Source: a virus
Length of the DNA: 64,000 nt
Strand: one strand, 5' to 3'
Virus record (IMG/VR): IMGVR_UViG_3300014137_000003
The notes below the pieces were generated by a model. That model ran no database searches. It worked only from the letters and a program-made list of their open reading frames with translations, and was not told the DNA's origin. How positions within the stretch are numbered: the first letter of the stretch is position 1; each line of letters begins with the position of its first letter. A program made the position numbers and the translations under genes. Shown here piece after piece: positions 37,672 to 47,412 of the stretch.

Positions 37672-37722
37672 GGATATTTGGTAGGTCGAAAGATTATGGG
37701 GGTTCGATTCCCCCATATCCTA
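37671..37722 (+). ncRNA. tRNA-like element (7-bp acceptor stem + canonical T-arm, no D/anticodon arms)
   Basis: AGGATAT 37671-77 pairs perfectly with ATATCCT 37715-21. T-arm is GGGGG-TTCGATT-CCCCC at 37698-37714. Only 20 nt lie between (possible GTC-GAAA-GAT mini-hairpin). Discriminator is A; no CCA is encoded. Confidence 0.45.
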
Positions 37723-37745
37723 TATTTTTAGGTGGAAGGTGAGTT

Positions 37746-39602
37746 ATGGGAGTAGTAATTCTATTCATTTTAAACGTAATATTTTTTATCTTAGGCATTG
37801 TTTTACGTCTAGCTTTATATAGTGCTAAGCTTACCCTATCAATGATGTCTGTTCCAGCGGCATTCATGCAAAGGGGTATGAAATCTTTAGGCAAATCTAA
37901 GAATGTTGTTGTTAAGGCATCTTCTTTAGCCGTATATATTTCATTAAAGGCACTTATTGCTTTATTAAATCTTCTTATTATAGTCGTAGATATTATTACA
38001 TTTTTAATATCCACATTAGGTATCTTATTAGGGGTTGTTGTTTCTCTGTTAATTCTTACTGTAATTATGGCAGGAGCTTACATCCTTATCCTTAATGATT
38101 GTTCTGTTGGTTCTTCTAAAAAGTCTGATACTAGCACACAACAGGGTACTAACGAGAATAAGAAAGTTGGTACTAGTGAGACTGCAGGTCAGGGACCAAT
38201 TACTGAAGAAGCAAAGAACTGGGCAAAAAGTTGGGAACTTACCTATATTGGTGACTCCCTTGGTGCAGGTTCAGCTAGTCAATTCCAAAGTGCATTTCCT
38301 AATGCAGTGTATGATTCTGACCCATCTAGGGGTTTAATTTCTATCCGAGGTCAGCAGACTGGTGAAACTGCAATAGACACTCTGAAAAAGTTGGCAGGTG
38401 AAAATAAAGTTAAGGAGAACTTGGTTGTAGCTATCGGTACTAACAACGATATGTCAACTGACGCTTTACAGGAGTTCTACTCTAATATCCCTAGTAGTGT
38501 TAAAACTATCACATGGGTATTAACAGCTTCTGAGGGTGGGGTAGATAACGGAACTATAAACTCTACAATCAAAAACTTCGTAAACTCTCATGATAACATG
38601 AGGTATCTTGATTGGAAAACTTACGTTGATAATAACGGCGGTTGGTCTAGCTATCAGGGTGGTGATAATATCCATATGAGTGCTGAGGGGTATGCGAAAT
38701 ATGTAGACTTCCAGACTCAGGGCTTATACGACCTCTATGGAGGTGGTTCTAGCTCTAAATCTAGCTCTAGTTCTGATTCCACTTCTGACTATTCTGTTAC
38801 AGCAGCTGGTGGTGGTGAAATTCATTATGTGAACGGTTTATTCCATTTAGCAAGTTCTAAAGTTAACGAAGCACTTGACGCTAAAGTTAATGCAGATGAC
38901 AAGAAGAAAAAAGAAGGCAAACATGGTTGTAATTTTTCAACTAGCAAAGTTTCTTCTAAGGATTCTGATTCTTCGGATAAGAAAACAGGTGGAGGTAACC
39001 TAGAGCAGGACGGTAGTGGTTCTCATGGTCTTTCTGTTAACCCAGCAGGTAACTATTACACGAAAGATGAGTTACCAGATGAGTTGAAGAAGTATGCAAT
39101 AGATCCAGAGTCTATTGGTATGAAGTATGGAGCTCCTTGGGAGGGTGGTATCACTGGACCGAATAGCAACGGATGGATAGACTTTGTAGGGGTATTTGAT
39201 GCAGGATGGGCTGGTCAGTGTACTGAGCTTTCAGCCTCAATGTTATATAACCTTTGGGAGAAAGGTGGAGAACACTTCGTAAATGCTCAAGGTAATGGTA
39301 ACGAGGTAGCAGGCATTGTTGCTCAGAAGTCTGGGGCTAAGGTTACAAATAGTCCTAAGATGGGTTCAGTATTTAGTGAGTCTAGTATACATACTGGTAT
39401 TGTATCTCATGTTTTCGAGAATGGCGATATTCTAGTTATCGAGCAAAATACTCCTAAGTCAGGGAATACTATTGGAAAACCTAATACTTGGAACTATAGG
39501 TTGATAGCAGCAAAAGATATACCTACACATTGTGGAAATGGTTTCACTAATTTAGGTGATGCAGGTTACACTATAGTAGGTAGTGTTAAGGCAATGGGGT
39601 AG
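37746..39602 (+). CDS. membrane-anchored bifunctional cell-wall hydrolase: SGNH/GDSL esterase domain + CHAP domain
   Basis: Three or four N-terminal TMs. GDSL block YIGDSLGAG, GxND block VVAIGTNND and DxxH block GGDNIHMSAEGY. Ser-rich linker. CHAP Cys box WAGQCTELSASM and His box IHTGIVSHVFENGDILVIEQN. Confidence 0.85.
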   Translation: MGVVILFILNVIFFILGIVLRLALYSAKLTLSMMSVPAAFMQRGMKSLGKSKNVVVKASSLAVYISLKALIALLNLLIIVVDIITFLISTLGILLGVVVSLLILTVIMAGAYILILNDCSVGSSKKSDTSTQQGTNENKKVGTSETAGQGPITEEAKNWAKSWELTYIGDSLGAGSASQFQSAFPNAVYDSDPSRGLISIRGQQTGETAIDTLKKLAGENKVKENLVVAIGTNNDMSTDALQEFYSNIPSSVKTITWVLTASEGGVDNGTINSTIKNFVNSHDNMRYLDWKTYVDNNGGWSSYQGGDNIHMSAEGYAKYVDFQTQGLYDLYGGGSSSKSSSSSDSTSDYSVTAAGGGEIHYVNGLFHLASSKVNEALDAKVNADDKKKKEGKHGCNFSTSKVSSKDSDSSDKKTGGGNLEQDGSGSHGLSVNPAGNYYTKDELPDELKKYAIDPESIGMKYGAPWEGGITGPNSNGWIDFVGVFDAGWAGQCTELSASMLYNLWEKGGEHFVNAQGNGNEVAGIVAQKSGAKVTNSPKMGSVFSESSIHTGIVSHVFENGDILVIEQNTPKSGNTIGKPNTWNYRLIAAKDIPTHCGNGFTNLGDAGYTIVGSVKAMG

Positions 39603-39607
39603 TTAAT

Positions 39608-40321
39608 ATGGGAAATAAGAAAGTTATAGTTATGATTTCAACAGTTATTTTATTGATTGCGTTTGTATGTTCTTTGGTACTCTTTTATAGGAGTCAGGTA
39701 GCTAGTAAAAATGCACCAAAAGAAGCTCCTAAAGAGGTTTTACAGCAGAAGAAGACAGAAGATTTAGTCGATGACTTCTCTTACGAAGGGGTAGAGCTAA
39801 ATCCTGACTACAGTTCTCAAGGAGTTCAAGGTGTAAAGACTGTTGAGCAGTATCAAGCCTTAATCTTAGACAACTCAACTGTAGCTGAGGAAGGTGTAAA
39901 ACGCTTAAAGGGTGACAAATTAGTAGATTATCAGACTTACCTAAAAGAGGCTATCTCTTCAATCGTGAAAGAAGAGTACTTGAAGTCTACTACTAGTGGT
40001 GCTAAGACAGCTTTTAAGGAAACTCTCTCAAAATATTTTGGGGGTAGCAAAGATAATCCTTTGTTACTAGCAGAGTTTGTACTTATTGCTAATGATTTAA
40101 AAATAGATAGTGGAAATTTCTACACCACAGACGAAGAGGGTATTTATGCTTTCGAGTTTGTAGTAAGTGATAAGGAAGGTCATCAGTTGGTATATGTAAC
40201 TGGTTACTTGAATGATTCTAGTATGCAGTTTAGACCAAGCTATGTATTATTGTTGGGGTACGGTCAAGGTTTTCTTAATGAGAACTTACCGAAGTCGACT
40301 CCCCCAAGAACAGGTTTATAA
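39608..40321 (+). CDS. bitopic membrane protein (VirB8/TcpC-like topology; function inferred only)
   Basis: Single N-terminal TM plus an ~200-aa external domain; directly downstream of the hydrolase gene. Confidence 0.55.
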   Translation: MGNKKVIVMISTVILLIAFVCSLVLFYRSQVASKNAPKEAPKEVLQQKKTEDLVDDFSYEGVELNPDYSSQGVQGVKTVEQYQALILDNSTVAEEGVKRLKGDKLVDYQTYLKEAISSIVKEEYLKSTTSGAKTAFKETLSKYFGGSKDNPLLLAEFVLIANDLKIDSGNFYTTDEEGIYAFEFVVSDKEGHQLVYVTGYLNDSSMQFRPSYVLLLGYGQGFLNENLPKSTPPRTGL

Positions 40322-40333
40322 GGAGACAAAGTT

Positions 40334-41431
40334 TTGGAAAGTTTACGAGATTTTATCCAACCACAGTTGGGTGATGATACTGTAAGGTTGCCCGTAACCT
40401 TTGACTACAACGGTGGTAGGTCGGAGTCAAATAAGACACGTAGGGTTTTATCTTGGATGTTTGGGGTAATTGGTTTCCTTTTAGGGTTACTTATCTTGTT
40501 TAGTAAAGGAGACCGTAGTTTCTTTGTTAAGTTTATTATAGTTTCTGTACTATATGCAGCCCTCATCTATGGGATACGGTTCTTACTCTTAAGAGAAGGT
40601 CGCTTAAGAAAGCAATATTACGAACAACTAGATAATGATTACAAATTATCTACCGATGAAATTTGGGGTATCTACGATATAGATGGTGAAGAATTAAAGG
40701 TTGCTCATTATCGTAACGGAAAGATTGGGATTGCTTTTGGTCTTGAGAAAGATGTTATCGTAGGGTTAGATTCAAAAGCAGAATTTAACCATTATGAGTC
40801 TATTGCGGATGCATATAACGAGTGTGCAAAACACAAAGTAGCCCTTTACCATATTGATTACATGGCTCACGTTGGTAAAGATAAGCGAATTAATACGTTA
40901 TATGCACAGGCAGGTAAATCACCTAACCCAGATATGAGGGCAGTACTTAACGGTATGTATTCTCACTTGGAAGAAGACATGGTACACGAAATAAGTACTT
41001 TCGATACTTACTTTCTTATTATGCCTGCAACAGAAGTACAGGCTGTAGCAATTGCTCAACGTATTATTGAGAAATTCTTAGAAGGCAATTATGTGGGGTA
41101 TTACTCCCTTGATGAGGAAGGTCTTAGGTCTATTACAGCTGAGTTGTTTAACTTAAATAGTTTCTCAGTAGTAGATGCTCAGCGTAGTGCTTTAGTATCA
41201 ACAACTTCAAGTATTGCCGTTCCTATTACTTTGGAACGTAGGGGAGTAGTTACTAAGCTTAATAAAACTGTTGCTGAACGTAGGCAAGAGGCTGAAGAGC
41301 AACGTGAACTTCAAAAGTTCATTAAGCAAGAGAAACAGCGTAGGCTTAAAGAGCAAAGAAACAACAGGAAGAAAAATAAAAACAAAAATAAAAAGGTAGA
41401 AGAAAGCGATGAAGAAATCATCGAATTATAA
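40334..41431 (+). CDS. two-TM membrane protein with cytoplasmic domain and Lys/Arg-rich tail
   Basis: TTG start with a GGAG RBS. TM hairpin at residues ~40-85. C-terminus is ..RRQEAEEQRELQKFIKQEKQRRLKEQRNNRKKNKNKNKK. Confidence 0.55.
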   Translation: MESLRDFIQPQLGDDTVRLPVTFDYNGGRSESNKTRRVLSWMFGVIGFLLGLLILFSKGDRSFFVKFIIVSVLYAALIYGIRFLLLREGRLRKQYYEQLDNDYKLSTDEIWGIYDIDGEELKVAHYRNGKIGIAFGLEKDVIVGLDSKAEFNHYESIADAYNECAKHKVALYHIDYMAHVGKDKRINTLYAQAGKSPNPDMRAVLNGMYSHLEEDMVHEISTFDTYFLIMPATEVQAVAIAQRIIEKFLEGNYVGYYSLDEEGLRSITAELFNLNSFSVVDAQRSALVSTTSSIAVPITLERRGVVTKLNKTVAERRQEAEEQRELQKFIKQEKQRRLKEQRNNRKKNKNKNKKVEESDEEIIEL

Positions 41432-41444
41432 GGGGTATAATTAA

Positions 41445-42974
41445 ATGAAAGTAGCATTTTTATCAACTAAATCAGAAGGCGTAGTCACAACTCTTAAATC
41501 TATTAAAGATAGCTTAGATCTAGTAGGTGGGGTAGCTTTAGTAGACTTCCTATCTGAAACTAGTGAGCGTAGCGAGTTTTTCGATAGGTTGGTTATTGCA
41601 GAGAATGCTTTAAATTTAGGTAGTGAGGAAAAAGATTTTATCTTTTTGAAAGACTATATCGAGTCTTACTCTCCAAATCTTGAAGTAGTAATGGCTATTT
41701 CACGGGAAAGTGGTTCTGCCTTAGCTGATACATTTGTTAATGTTTTTTCTGCCCCTATGTACACGGTAGCGTATTTACCAGAAAAGACTTCTACAGGTGT
41801 TCTAATCGAAATGGTAGAAAAACCTATCCTCGAGATTAAAGCTAAGTATTTCTCTATAGATGATAGTCAAGTTAAAGCTAAAGAAGCTCTTGAGAAAACA
41901 AATAAAGATAACCCAAAGAAACAAAAAACTGGTTTCTTTAGTAAGTTGTTTGGTGGTAAAAAGGAAGCTAATAAAAAGGTAGAGGAGAAAGAGGAAGTTG
42001 TAGAAAGTAAGGTTGAACAACCAACTCCAATTCCTACTGTATCTAACCCTACACCAATTACTCCGTCTGTTGACCCTGCAGGTTTGGTAAGTCCAGTAGT
42101 TTCTGTTAGTAGTTCGGAGGTACAGGAATCTATCAACAAGTTGTTTGGGGGTACTACAGAAGTTGAACCTCAAGAACCTACAGGTGATTTATCCTTGAAC
42201 TTTAGTGATTTTGGTGAAAGCCATTATCAGACTGGTTTCATTCCAGAGGATGACTTAGAGGATGACGCAGTAAATGAGCAATCTAAAGAGGAAAGCAATT
42301 GGTTGCCTGTGGATTCGGGTGAATCTTTGAATCCAGCTAGTGAATTTCCGGAGTCTTCAGAATTTTCGGAAATTTCTAGGGTAGCTGATTTAGGTACTCC
42401 AGTAGAGCAAAAATTTGGCTCTCCAAATTCTAATTTTTCGGAGGATTTACTTCAAAAATCAGGTGGAGTTTTACCTACTTTGGGTATTACCTTAGTTGTG
42501 GGTGACGAGTCCTCTAGTTTTATTGCTAAAGAGTTAAAGACTTCTAGTGGTTATTACATTGTAGATATCCGTCGTTCCTTTGATTTATCTCCTTACATTG
42601 ACGAATCTTTATATTTGAATTCTGACAGTGAGTTTTATGAAGAAGGTGGTAACTTCTACATTCTTAATGCAACTGTAAAAGATTTACCTAACTTGTTGTC
42701 AGGTAAGGAAAAAGTTATTGTGAATGCTTCAACAGATTTATTAAATTCTTTGGAGTCTCAGTTAGGGTTGTTCGACCATATTATCCCAGTATTTAGTAAT
42801 GATATCGCAAGGTTAGAATATCAACTCTTAAAATATGAAGATGTTTCTCCAACTCTGGCTAGGGGTATCGCTAAGAGTTCTCCAGTTGTTAATGGTTTTA
42901 TCTCAGAAGAAGTTCATTCTTTGTTGTCTAGGGCAGTATTCTCTAGGATTAATTGGAAAGGTCTAATTAAATGA
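41445..42974 (+). CDS. hypothetical protein; flavodoxin/receiver-like N-terminal fold, acidic disordered centre
   Basis: Alternating beta-alpha pattern MKVAFLST..LVIAEN..VVMAISRE. No P-loop found. Confidence 0.55.
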   Translation: MKVAFLSTKSEGVVTTLKSIKDSLDLVGGVALVDFLSETSERSEFFDRLVIAENALNLGSEEKDFIFLKDYIESYSPNLEVVMAISRESGSALADTFVNVFSAPMYTVAYLPEKTSTGVLIEMVEKPILEIKAKYFSIDDSQVKAKEALEKTNKDNPKKQKTGFFSKLFGGKKEANKKVEEKEEVVESKVEQPTPIPTVSNPTPITPSVDPAGLVSPVVSVSSSEVQESINKLFGGTTEVEPQEPTGDLSLNFSDFGESHYQTGFIPEDDLEDDAVNEQSKEESNWLPVDSGESLNPASEFPESSEFSEISRVADLGTPVEQKFGSPNSNFSEDLLQKSGGVLPTLGITLVVGDESSSFIAKELKTSSGYYIVDIRRSFDLSPYIDESLYLNSDSEFYEEGGNFYILNATVKDLPNLLSGKEKVIVNASTDLLNSLESQLGLFDHIIPVFSNDIARLEYQLLKYEDVSPTLARGIAKSSPVVNGFISEEVHSLLSRAVFSRINWKGLIK

Positions 42975-44212
42975 TAGTAATTGTTTCTAGTAAGGATTTA
43001 GGTTTGGTCGAAGATTATGATATTTTGGTTGTAGGTTCTTTATTAGAAGCAACCAAGGTAGTAGGTACTATCTCAGACCTCATCTATTATGAAAGTAATG
43101 AAGATACAAATGAATTCGCAGCGAATTTATCTGTACTTAAAGGTAAGGGTGTTGGTTCTTTGTGGTATGTGCATGAGGAGTCAACAAAAGACGATTTAGT
43201 AGAAATGGCGATTATAGGTAGTGGGGGTACTTATATTTCCGATGAGTTCTTCTTGGAAGATGTAGATTTAGTTAAATCTCTTGTATCTTCAAAAGATGGG
43301 AACGGAGAATTAGTAGCGTTAGGGGGTATGGGAGTTCTTAATGACTTCCTATCTCGCTATCTAGTGGGGGGCGATGACTCTCCTATACCTGCCAATTATT
43401 TAAAAGTATTAAATAATGCCGTAAATCAGATTAGTGAGGGCTATTCAGAAAAATCTAAACAGTTAGTAGTATTATCAGAAAAGGCTACTAGCGTTATAGA
43501 AGACACCTCTATTGGTTTAAGAAACATTCAAGATGAACGTGCAAACTTAGCAAAACTTTTGGAAGATATTAAGACTTCCGTTGAGGAGACTACTCCTCAA
43601 GTGGGGAGGGGTGCTAGTGTATCGTTCTTCCCTCGTGTTTCTTTCCGTAAAGAGAAGGATATTATTAGGGTAAAGGATATTGGAAGAACTCCTTACCTTT
43701 TCTCTTTTATGCTAGGTTTACAAGTGTTCTGCGAGAAGGTATTAAACCGACGTCCAAGACTAATAGTTTTAGAACCAGTTGGTAAGGTATATGAGGATAT
43801 GTATTCAAGTTATACTTGGATCACAGCAAATAATCAAAAAGATTCTGCTAAGTATCAGCATAGTATAGTTATGACGAACTACCCCACCCAAGGGGTATTG
43901 TTAAAATTGTTAGAGGATATCTCTTACGATACTTGCATTGTATTGGATAGAACTAGTAACTCTAAAGAACATTTACTTAATTGTAGGGCTACTAGGTCTG
44001 TTCATTATGCTTTATCTAGTCCTAGCATGGTAGATAGGTTAGGGTTGAAGAAAGTGTCACCTAAATTTAAGTTCTTTAGTTCTGTTGTAAGTGACCCTAA
44101 TGCAGAGTTTTCTATTCCTGTCTTAGATTACCCTAAGAATAGGTTTGAGCGAGAGAATTTATATTTAAACTCTTGTATGGAAATGTATAAATTACTGGTT
44201 AAGCGAGGTTAG
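42971..44212 (+). CDS. hypothetical protein; receiver-like N-terminal fold
   Basis: MIVIVSSKD..DILVVGS..; start overlaps the previous stop (ATGA). No P-loop found. Confidence 0.55.
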   Translation: MIVIVSSKDLGLVEDYDILVVGSLLEATKVVGTISDLIYYESNEDTNEFAANLSVLKGKGVGSLWYVHEESTKDDLVEMAIIGSGGTYISDEFFLEDVDLVKSLVSSKDGNGELVALGGMGVLNDFLSRYLVGGDDSPIPANYLKVLNNAVNQISEGYSEKSKQLVVLSEKATSVIEDTSIGLRNIQDERANLAKLLEDIKTSVEETTPQVGRGASVSFFPRVSFRKEKDIIRVKDIGRTPYLFSFMLGLQVFCEKVLNRRPRLIVLEPVGKVYEDMYSSYTWITANNQKDSAKYQHSIVMTNYPTQGVLLKLLEDISYDTCIVLDRTSNSKEHLLNCRATRSVHYALSSPSMVDRLGLKKVSPKFKFFSSVVSDPNAEFSIPVLDYPKNRFERENLYLNSCMEMYKLLVKRG

Positions 44213-44214
44213 TA

Positions 44215-46296
44215 ATGAATTTATTAAGTTTACCTAAGATTAGAGAAAAGGAGAGCAGGCTTTCCCTTCTTGAGGTTTGGAAGAAAAGGTATCTCGGAGA
44301 GGCATATAAAGACTTATCCTTAAAAGGGGTAACTAAGAACTATAACTTCTATTCGGATGGTTATGGGACTTACTCAGGAAAGGACGATGTAGTTTATTAC
44401 TACACGTTTGATGGTCTTCCTAGTGAGTTACCGATAGCTTTTGTAGATGAGTTTCGTTCGGTAACTAGAGTAGGTGTTAAAGTTTCTTTTGTATCTTATA
44501 TCGAGCCTACAGTAATTGACTGGGATAGTCCAGCGTTGCAAAACAAACTAAAGATTTGGAAGAAGGTATCCGAAGAGGCAGAAGATGTCGATGAGTTTAC
44601 TTTCAGGGAAAACGTTAGGATGTTGGATTTGGATACTTTAAGAAGGCAATCCTTGGTTTACCTTTCTTCTGCTGAAATTAGGCGTAAACGTAAGCTATTT
44701 AAGTATAGGACAATGATGTTAATATCAGGAAAAAGGGGTACTAGCTTTGATGATACTATTCAGGATTGTATGACGGTAGCTAAAAACTTGGGTATCACTG
44801 CAGTTCGAGTTACCGAAGATATAGGTATTTTTCTTAAAGCCTTTAGTCCTATGTCTGCAGAAATGTCAGAAAAAGCGAAAAAGTTGGTGGGTAATACTAC
44901 ACTAACTGACGAAGTTATTTCACGGTTTAATACTTATGACCAAGGTAAGATAGGTGAGCGTGGAATTTATATAGGTAGTGATATCTATTCAGGTTTCCCA
45001 GTATTAAAGATTTTCAAAAAGACTTCTGAAACAGCTGAAAATATCTTAATAACGGCGGAAACTGGTCATGGTAAGTCCTTTATAGAAAAGGGTTGGATTG
45101 TACAACTCATAGCAGACCCCAAATATACAGGAACTATCATGGATATTGAAGGTTTCGAGTATTTACCTCTTGCGGATTTCTTGTCGGCTAGCGATAAGGT
45201 TGTAGTTCTTAACATGGCTGAAGGTCAGGGGCAGTATTATGACCCTGTTCCTATTACCTTAACAGGTATTGAGAAGTTAGATAAAGACATGCTTAATTCC
45301 TCTATTCGCTTCACTAAAGCAATCTTGAAGGTACTTATCGGAGACTTTAAAGATAATAAAAAAGACTCTGAGTGGGTTTCTTCTATCTTATCTGAGTCTG
45401 TTTCTCGTACTTATGCCGAGGCAGGGGTATCGGAAGACATGGCAACTTGGGATAGGTCTAGGAATCTAACTCTTAGGGATGTCTACGATAAATTTATGCA
45501 ACTATATGAAGAAGCAGTTCAGTACAAATATGACGTAGAGAACGGTGTAGAAAAACCTAACGCAAGAGATAATTATAAATTAAACAAGTCTTACATATCT
45601 GCCATTGACTCAGCAGCATCTTCTTTAAGAACTTATTTTGAAACCTTCGAAAATGGAGGGGTAAACTCTCATATCTTTAAACAAAAGATTTCATTAAAGG
45701 ACTTGGTAGATGCTAAGTTGGTTGTATGTTCATTTGGTTTGGCAGGTAAGTCTGAAGCAGATATAGACTTAACTCAGTTAGCTTTATCTCAATCCTATGC
45801 AGCCATTATCTCTCAAATTAGGTCTATGTATGCTAAGGCTCAAGGTAGGTATAACTTCAAGGTTTGGGAAGAGTTCCAACGTTGGGGTAGGATGGAAGGT
45901 TCTGAGGCAATTCTAAACTCAGCCCTTACTGGTGGTCGTAAGAATGGTGATGTTAACTTCATCGTAACCAATAAGGTTTCTGAGATGCTGGGAGAACATG
46001 ATAAGTTTGGTATCTTCCAGAATACAACATCTTTTGCTATTGGAGCAATTGGTGATGCTGATGTTCGTAAAAACTTATGTAGAGCTCTTTCAATAGAGGA
46101 CCTAGCCTTTGAGTTGGATAAGTTAGTTATAAATCATAAACAAGGCTCTAGTAAGGTAAATACTGTTTCCTCTATTTATGATAAGGCATTCTTAGTCAAA
46201 TTAGATAAGTCGGTTGTTTCTTTGGTAAAAATGAACTTACCAGAGGAGCTTGCTCAATCTGATATCTTTAGAACGGGTATCGATCTTGTAGAATAG
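44215..46296 (+). CDS. VirB4/TrsE/PrgJ-like type IV secretion ATPase
   Basis: Walker A ITAETGHGKSF, a Walker-B-like YNFKVWEEFQRWG (cf. iDEaW of VirB4) and a VNFIVTNKVSEM late motif. Size is 693 aa. Confidence 0.7.
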   Translation: MNLLSLPKIREKESRLSLLEVWKKRYLGEAYKDLSLKGVTKNYNFYSDGYGTYSGKDDVVYYYTFDGLPSELPIAFVDEFRSVTRVGVKVSFVSYIEPTVIDWDSPALQNKLKIWKKVSEEAEDVDEFTFRENVRMLDLDTLRRQSLVYLSSAEIRRKRKLFKYRTMMLISGKRGTSFDDTIQDCMTVAKNLGITAVRVTEDIGIFLKAFSPMSAEMSEKAKKLVGNTTLTDEVISRFNTYDQGKIGERGIYIGSDIYSGFPVLKIFKKTSETAENILITAETGHGKSFIEKGWIVQLIADPKYTGTIMDIEGFEYLPLADFLSASDKVVVLNMAEGQGQYYDPVPITLTGIEKLDKDMLNSSIRFTKAILKVLIGDFKDNKKDSEWVSSILSESVSRTYAEAGVSEDMATWDRSRNLTLRDVYDKFMQLYEEAVQYKYDVENGVEKPNARDNYKLNKSYISAIDSAASSLRTYFETFENGGVNSHIFKQKISLKDLVDAKLVVCSFGLAGKSEADIDLTQLALSQSYAAIISQIRSMYAKAQGRYNFKVWEEFQRWGRMEGSEAILNSALTGGRKNGDVNFIVTNKVSEMLGEHDKFGIFQNTTSFAIGAIGDADVRKNLCRALSIEDLAFELDKLVINHKQGSSKVNTVSSIYDKAFLVKLDKSVVSLVKMNLPEELAQSDIFRTGIDLVE

Positions 46297-46306
46297 GTGG
46301 TAGAAG

Positions 46307-47254
46307 ATGGAAATTCTAAGAAATGTTTGGGAGTGGGTGAAAGAGCATAAGAAGGCTACGTTCGCAATAGTTGGTGTTGTACTTTTGATTTTCTTAATGG
46401 TGCAAGCTAATAAGCATGCTCAACAGAAAAATAAGGTTTCTGTACCGAAGACTGAAGTAAAGAGCTCTAGTAAAGATGATAACTATGTCGAAGGTACTGA
46501 CGCTTACTTGATGGATATGCAACCTGAGTTAAGAAAGTCTTTCGGTACTCCCCCAAAAGGGTTTATTTGGGATTTGGATGGTAAGACGATTTCTCTAGGT
46601 AATAAGTCAATGTCTAGTGAAGACGTGTTATATTCCTATGTGAGAGCTTTATCTACGTTAGATTTTGCTACAGCGGAGAAATACTCTAGGGGTACCAAAG
46701 TTGTGGAAACCTACAATGATTATTTCTCTTCTAAGACGGCAGCTCAGGCAGATTATCAAGAGCAGTTTCTTCGTAATATGTATAAGGTAGCCTTAACGTC
46801 CATGGAAATTAAAGGGGTAGAATCTAGTGCAACTTTTGCTAATAATAAGGTAGTTTATACTGTTCAGGTTAGTATGCTTGACTTAACAAGTAAAGATTTT
46901 TGGCAAGAAGATAAAGATAACTTGTTCAAGAATATGTCCCTCTATGAAACCCAAGAAAATGACTCTACTAAGCTTGATATTTTCTTATACGATTATATCT
47001 TGAATTACTATAAGTCAAAAGACGCAGTTAAACGTGATATTTCTTTCGATATTACTTTGGAACGCTATCCAGATATTGACTCAGGTTGGTTGGTAAGTAT
47101 CGACAAGGACGTTGATGATGCAGCTAAATATAGTAATGGTAAATTGGTAACAAATTATATTGTAGAGCAGTTTAGGGATTATGCTATAAATAAGCAACAA
47201 GAGTCCAAAGGTACAGGGGTACCTAAGAAAGTTACTGAGGAGGACGACCAATAA
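46307..47254 (+). CDS. bitopic membrane protein (VirB8-like topology; inferred)
   Basis: One N-terminal TM plus an ~270-aa external domain; follows the VirB4-like gene. Confidence 0.55.
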   Translation: MEILRNVWEWVKEHKKATFAIVGVVLLIFLMVQANKHAQQKNKVSVPKTEVKSSSKDDNYVEGTDAYLMDMQPELRKSFGTPPKGFIWDLDGKTISLGNKSMSSEDVLYSYVRALSTLDFATAEKYSRGTKVVETYNDYFSSKTAAQADYQEQFLRNMYKVALTSMEIKGVESSATFANNKVVYTVQVSMLDLTSKDFWQEDKDNLFKNMSLYETQENDSTKLDIFLYDYILNYYKSKDAVKRDISFDITLERYPDIDSGWLVSIDKDVDDAAKYSNGKLVTNYIVEQFRDYAINKQQESKGTGVPKKVTEEDDQ

Positions 47255-47412
47255 TGAGTGGGATGTTACTATTATTTTTCTTTACATTGTTTTTAGATTC
47301 ATACGTTGGAGCTATTGACAAGTATAACGGCACAGTAGAAAACACGGTTCATGCAGTTGTATGGACTCCTTTGTTTATCTATGTATTAGTGAATATTATT
47401 TTTGGAGGTTAA
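47254..47412 (+). CDS. 52-aa two-TM peptide (not in the ORF track)
   Basis: ATG overlaps the previous stop (TAATG). Encodes MSGMLLLFFFTLFLDSYVGAIDKYNGTVENTVHAVVWTPLFIYVLVNIIFGG. The stop at 47410-47412 is 1 nt before the next ATG. Confidence 0.4.
   Translation: MSGMLLLFFFTLFLDSYVGAIDKYNGTVENTVHAVVWTPLFIYVLVNIIFGG

Noticed and set aside
37671-37722. Canonical tRNA gene
   Set aside because: Only the acceptor stem and T-arm are present (51 nt). There is no D-arm or anticodon arm, so it is reported as a tRNA-like element and not as a tRNA.
37694-38014. 106-aa minus-strand ORF spanning the tRNA-like element and the start of the hydrolase gene
   Set aside because: It overlaps the TM-rich N-terminus of a strongly supported + strand gene and has no RBS. 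Its end merely reads through the T-arm (..GGIEPP).
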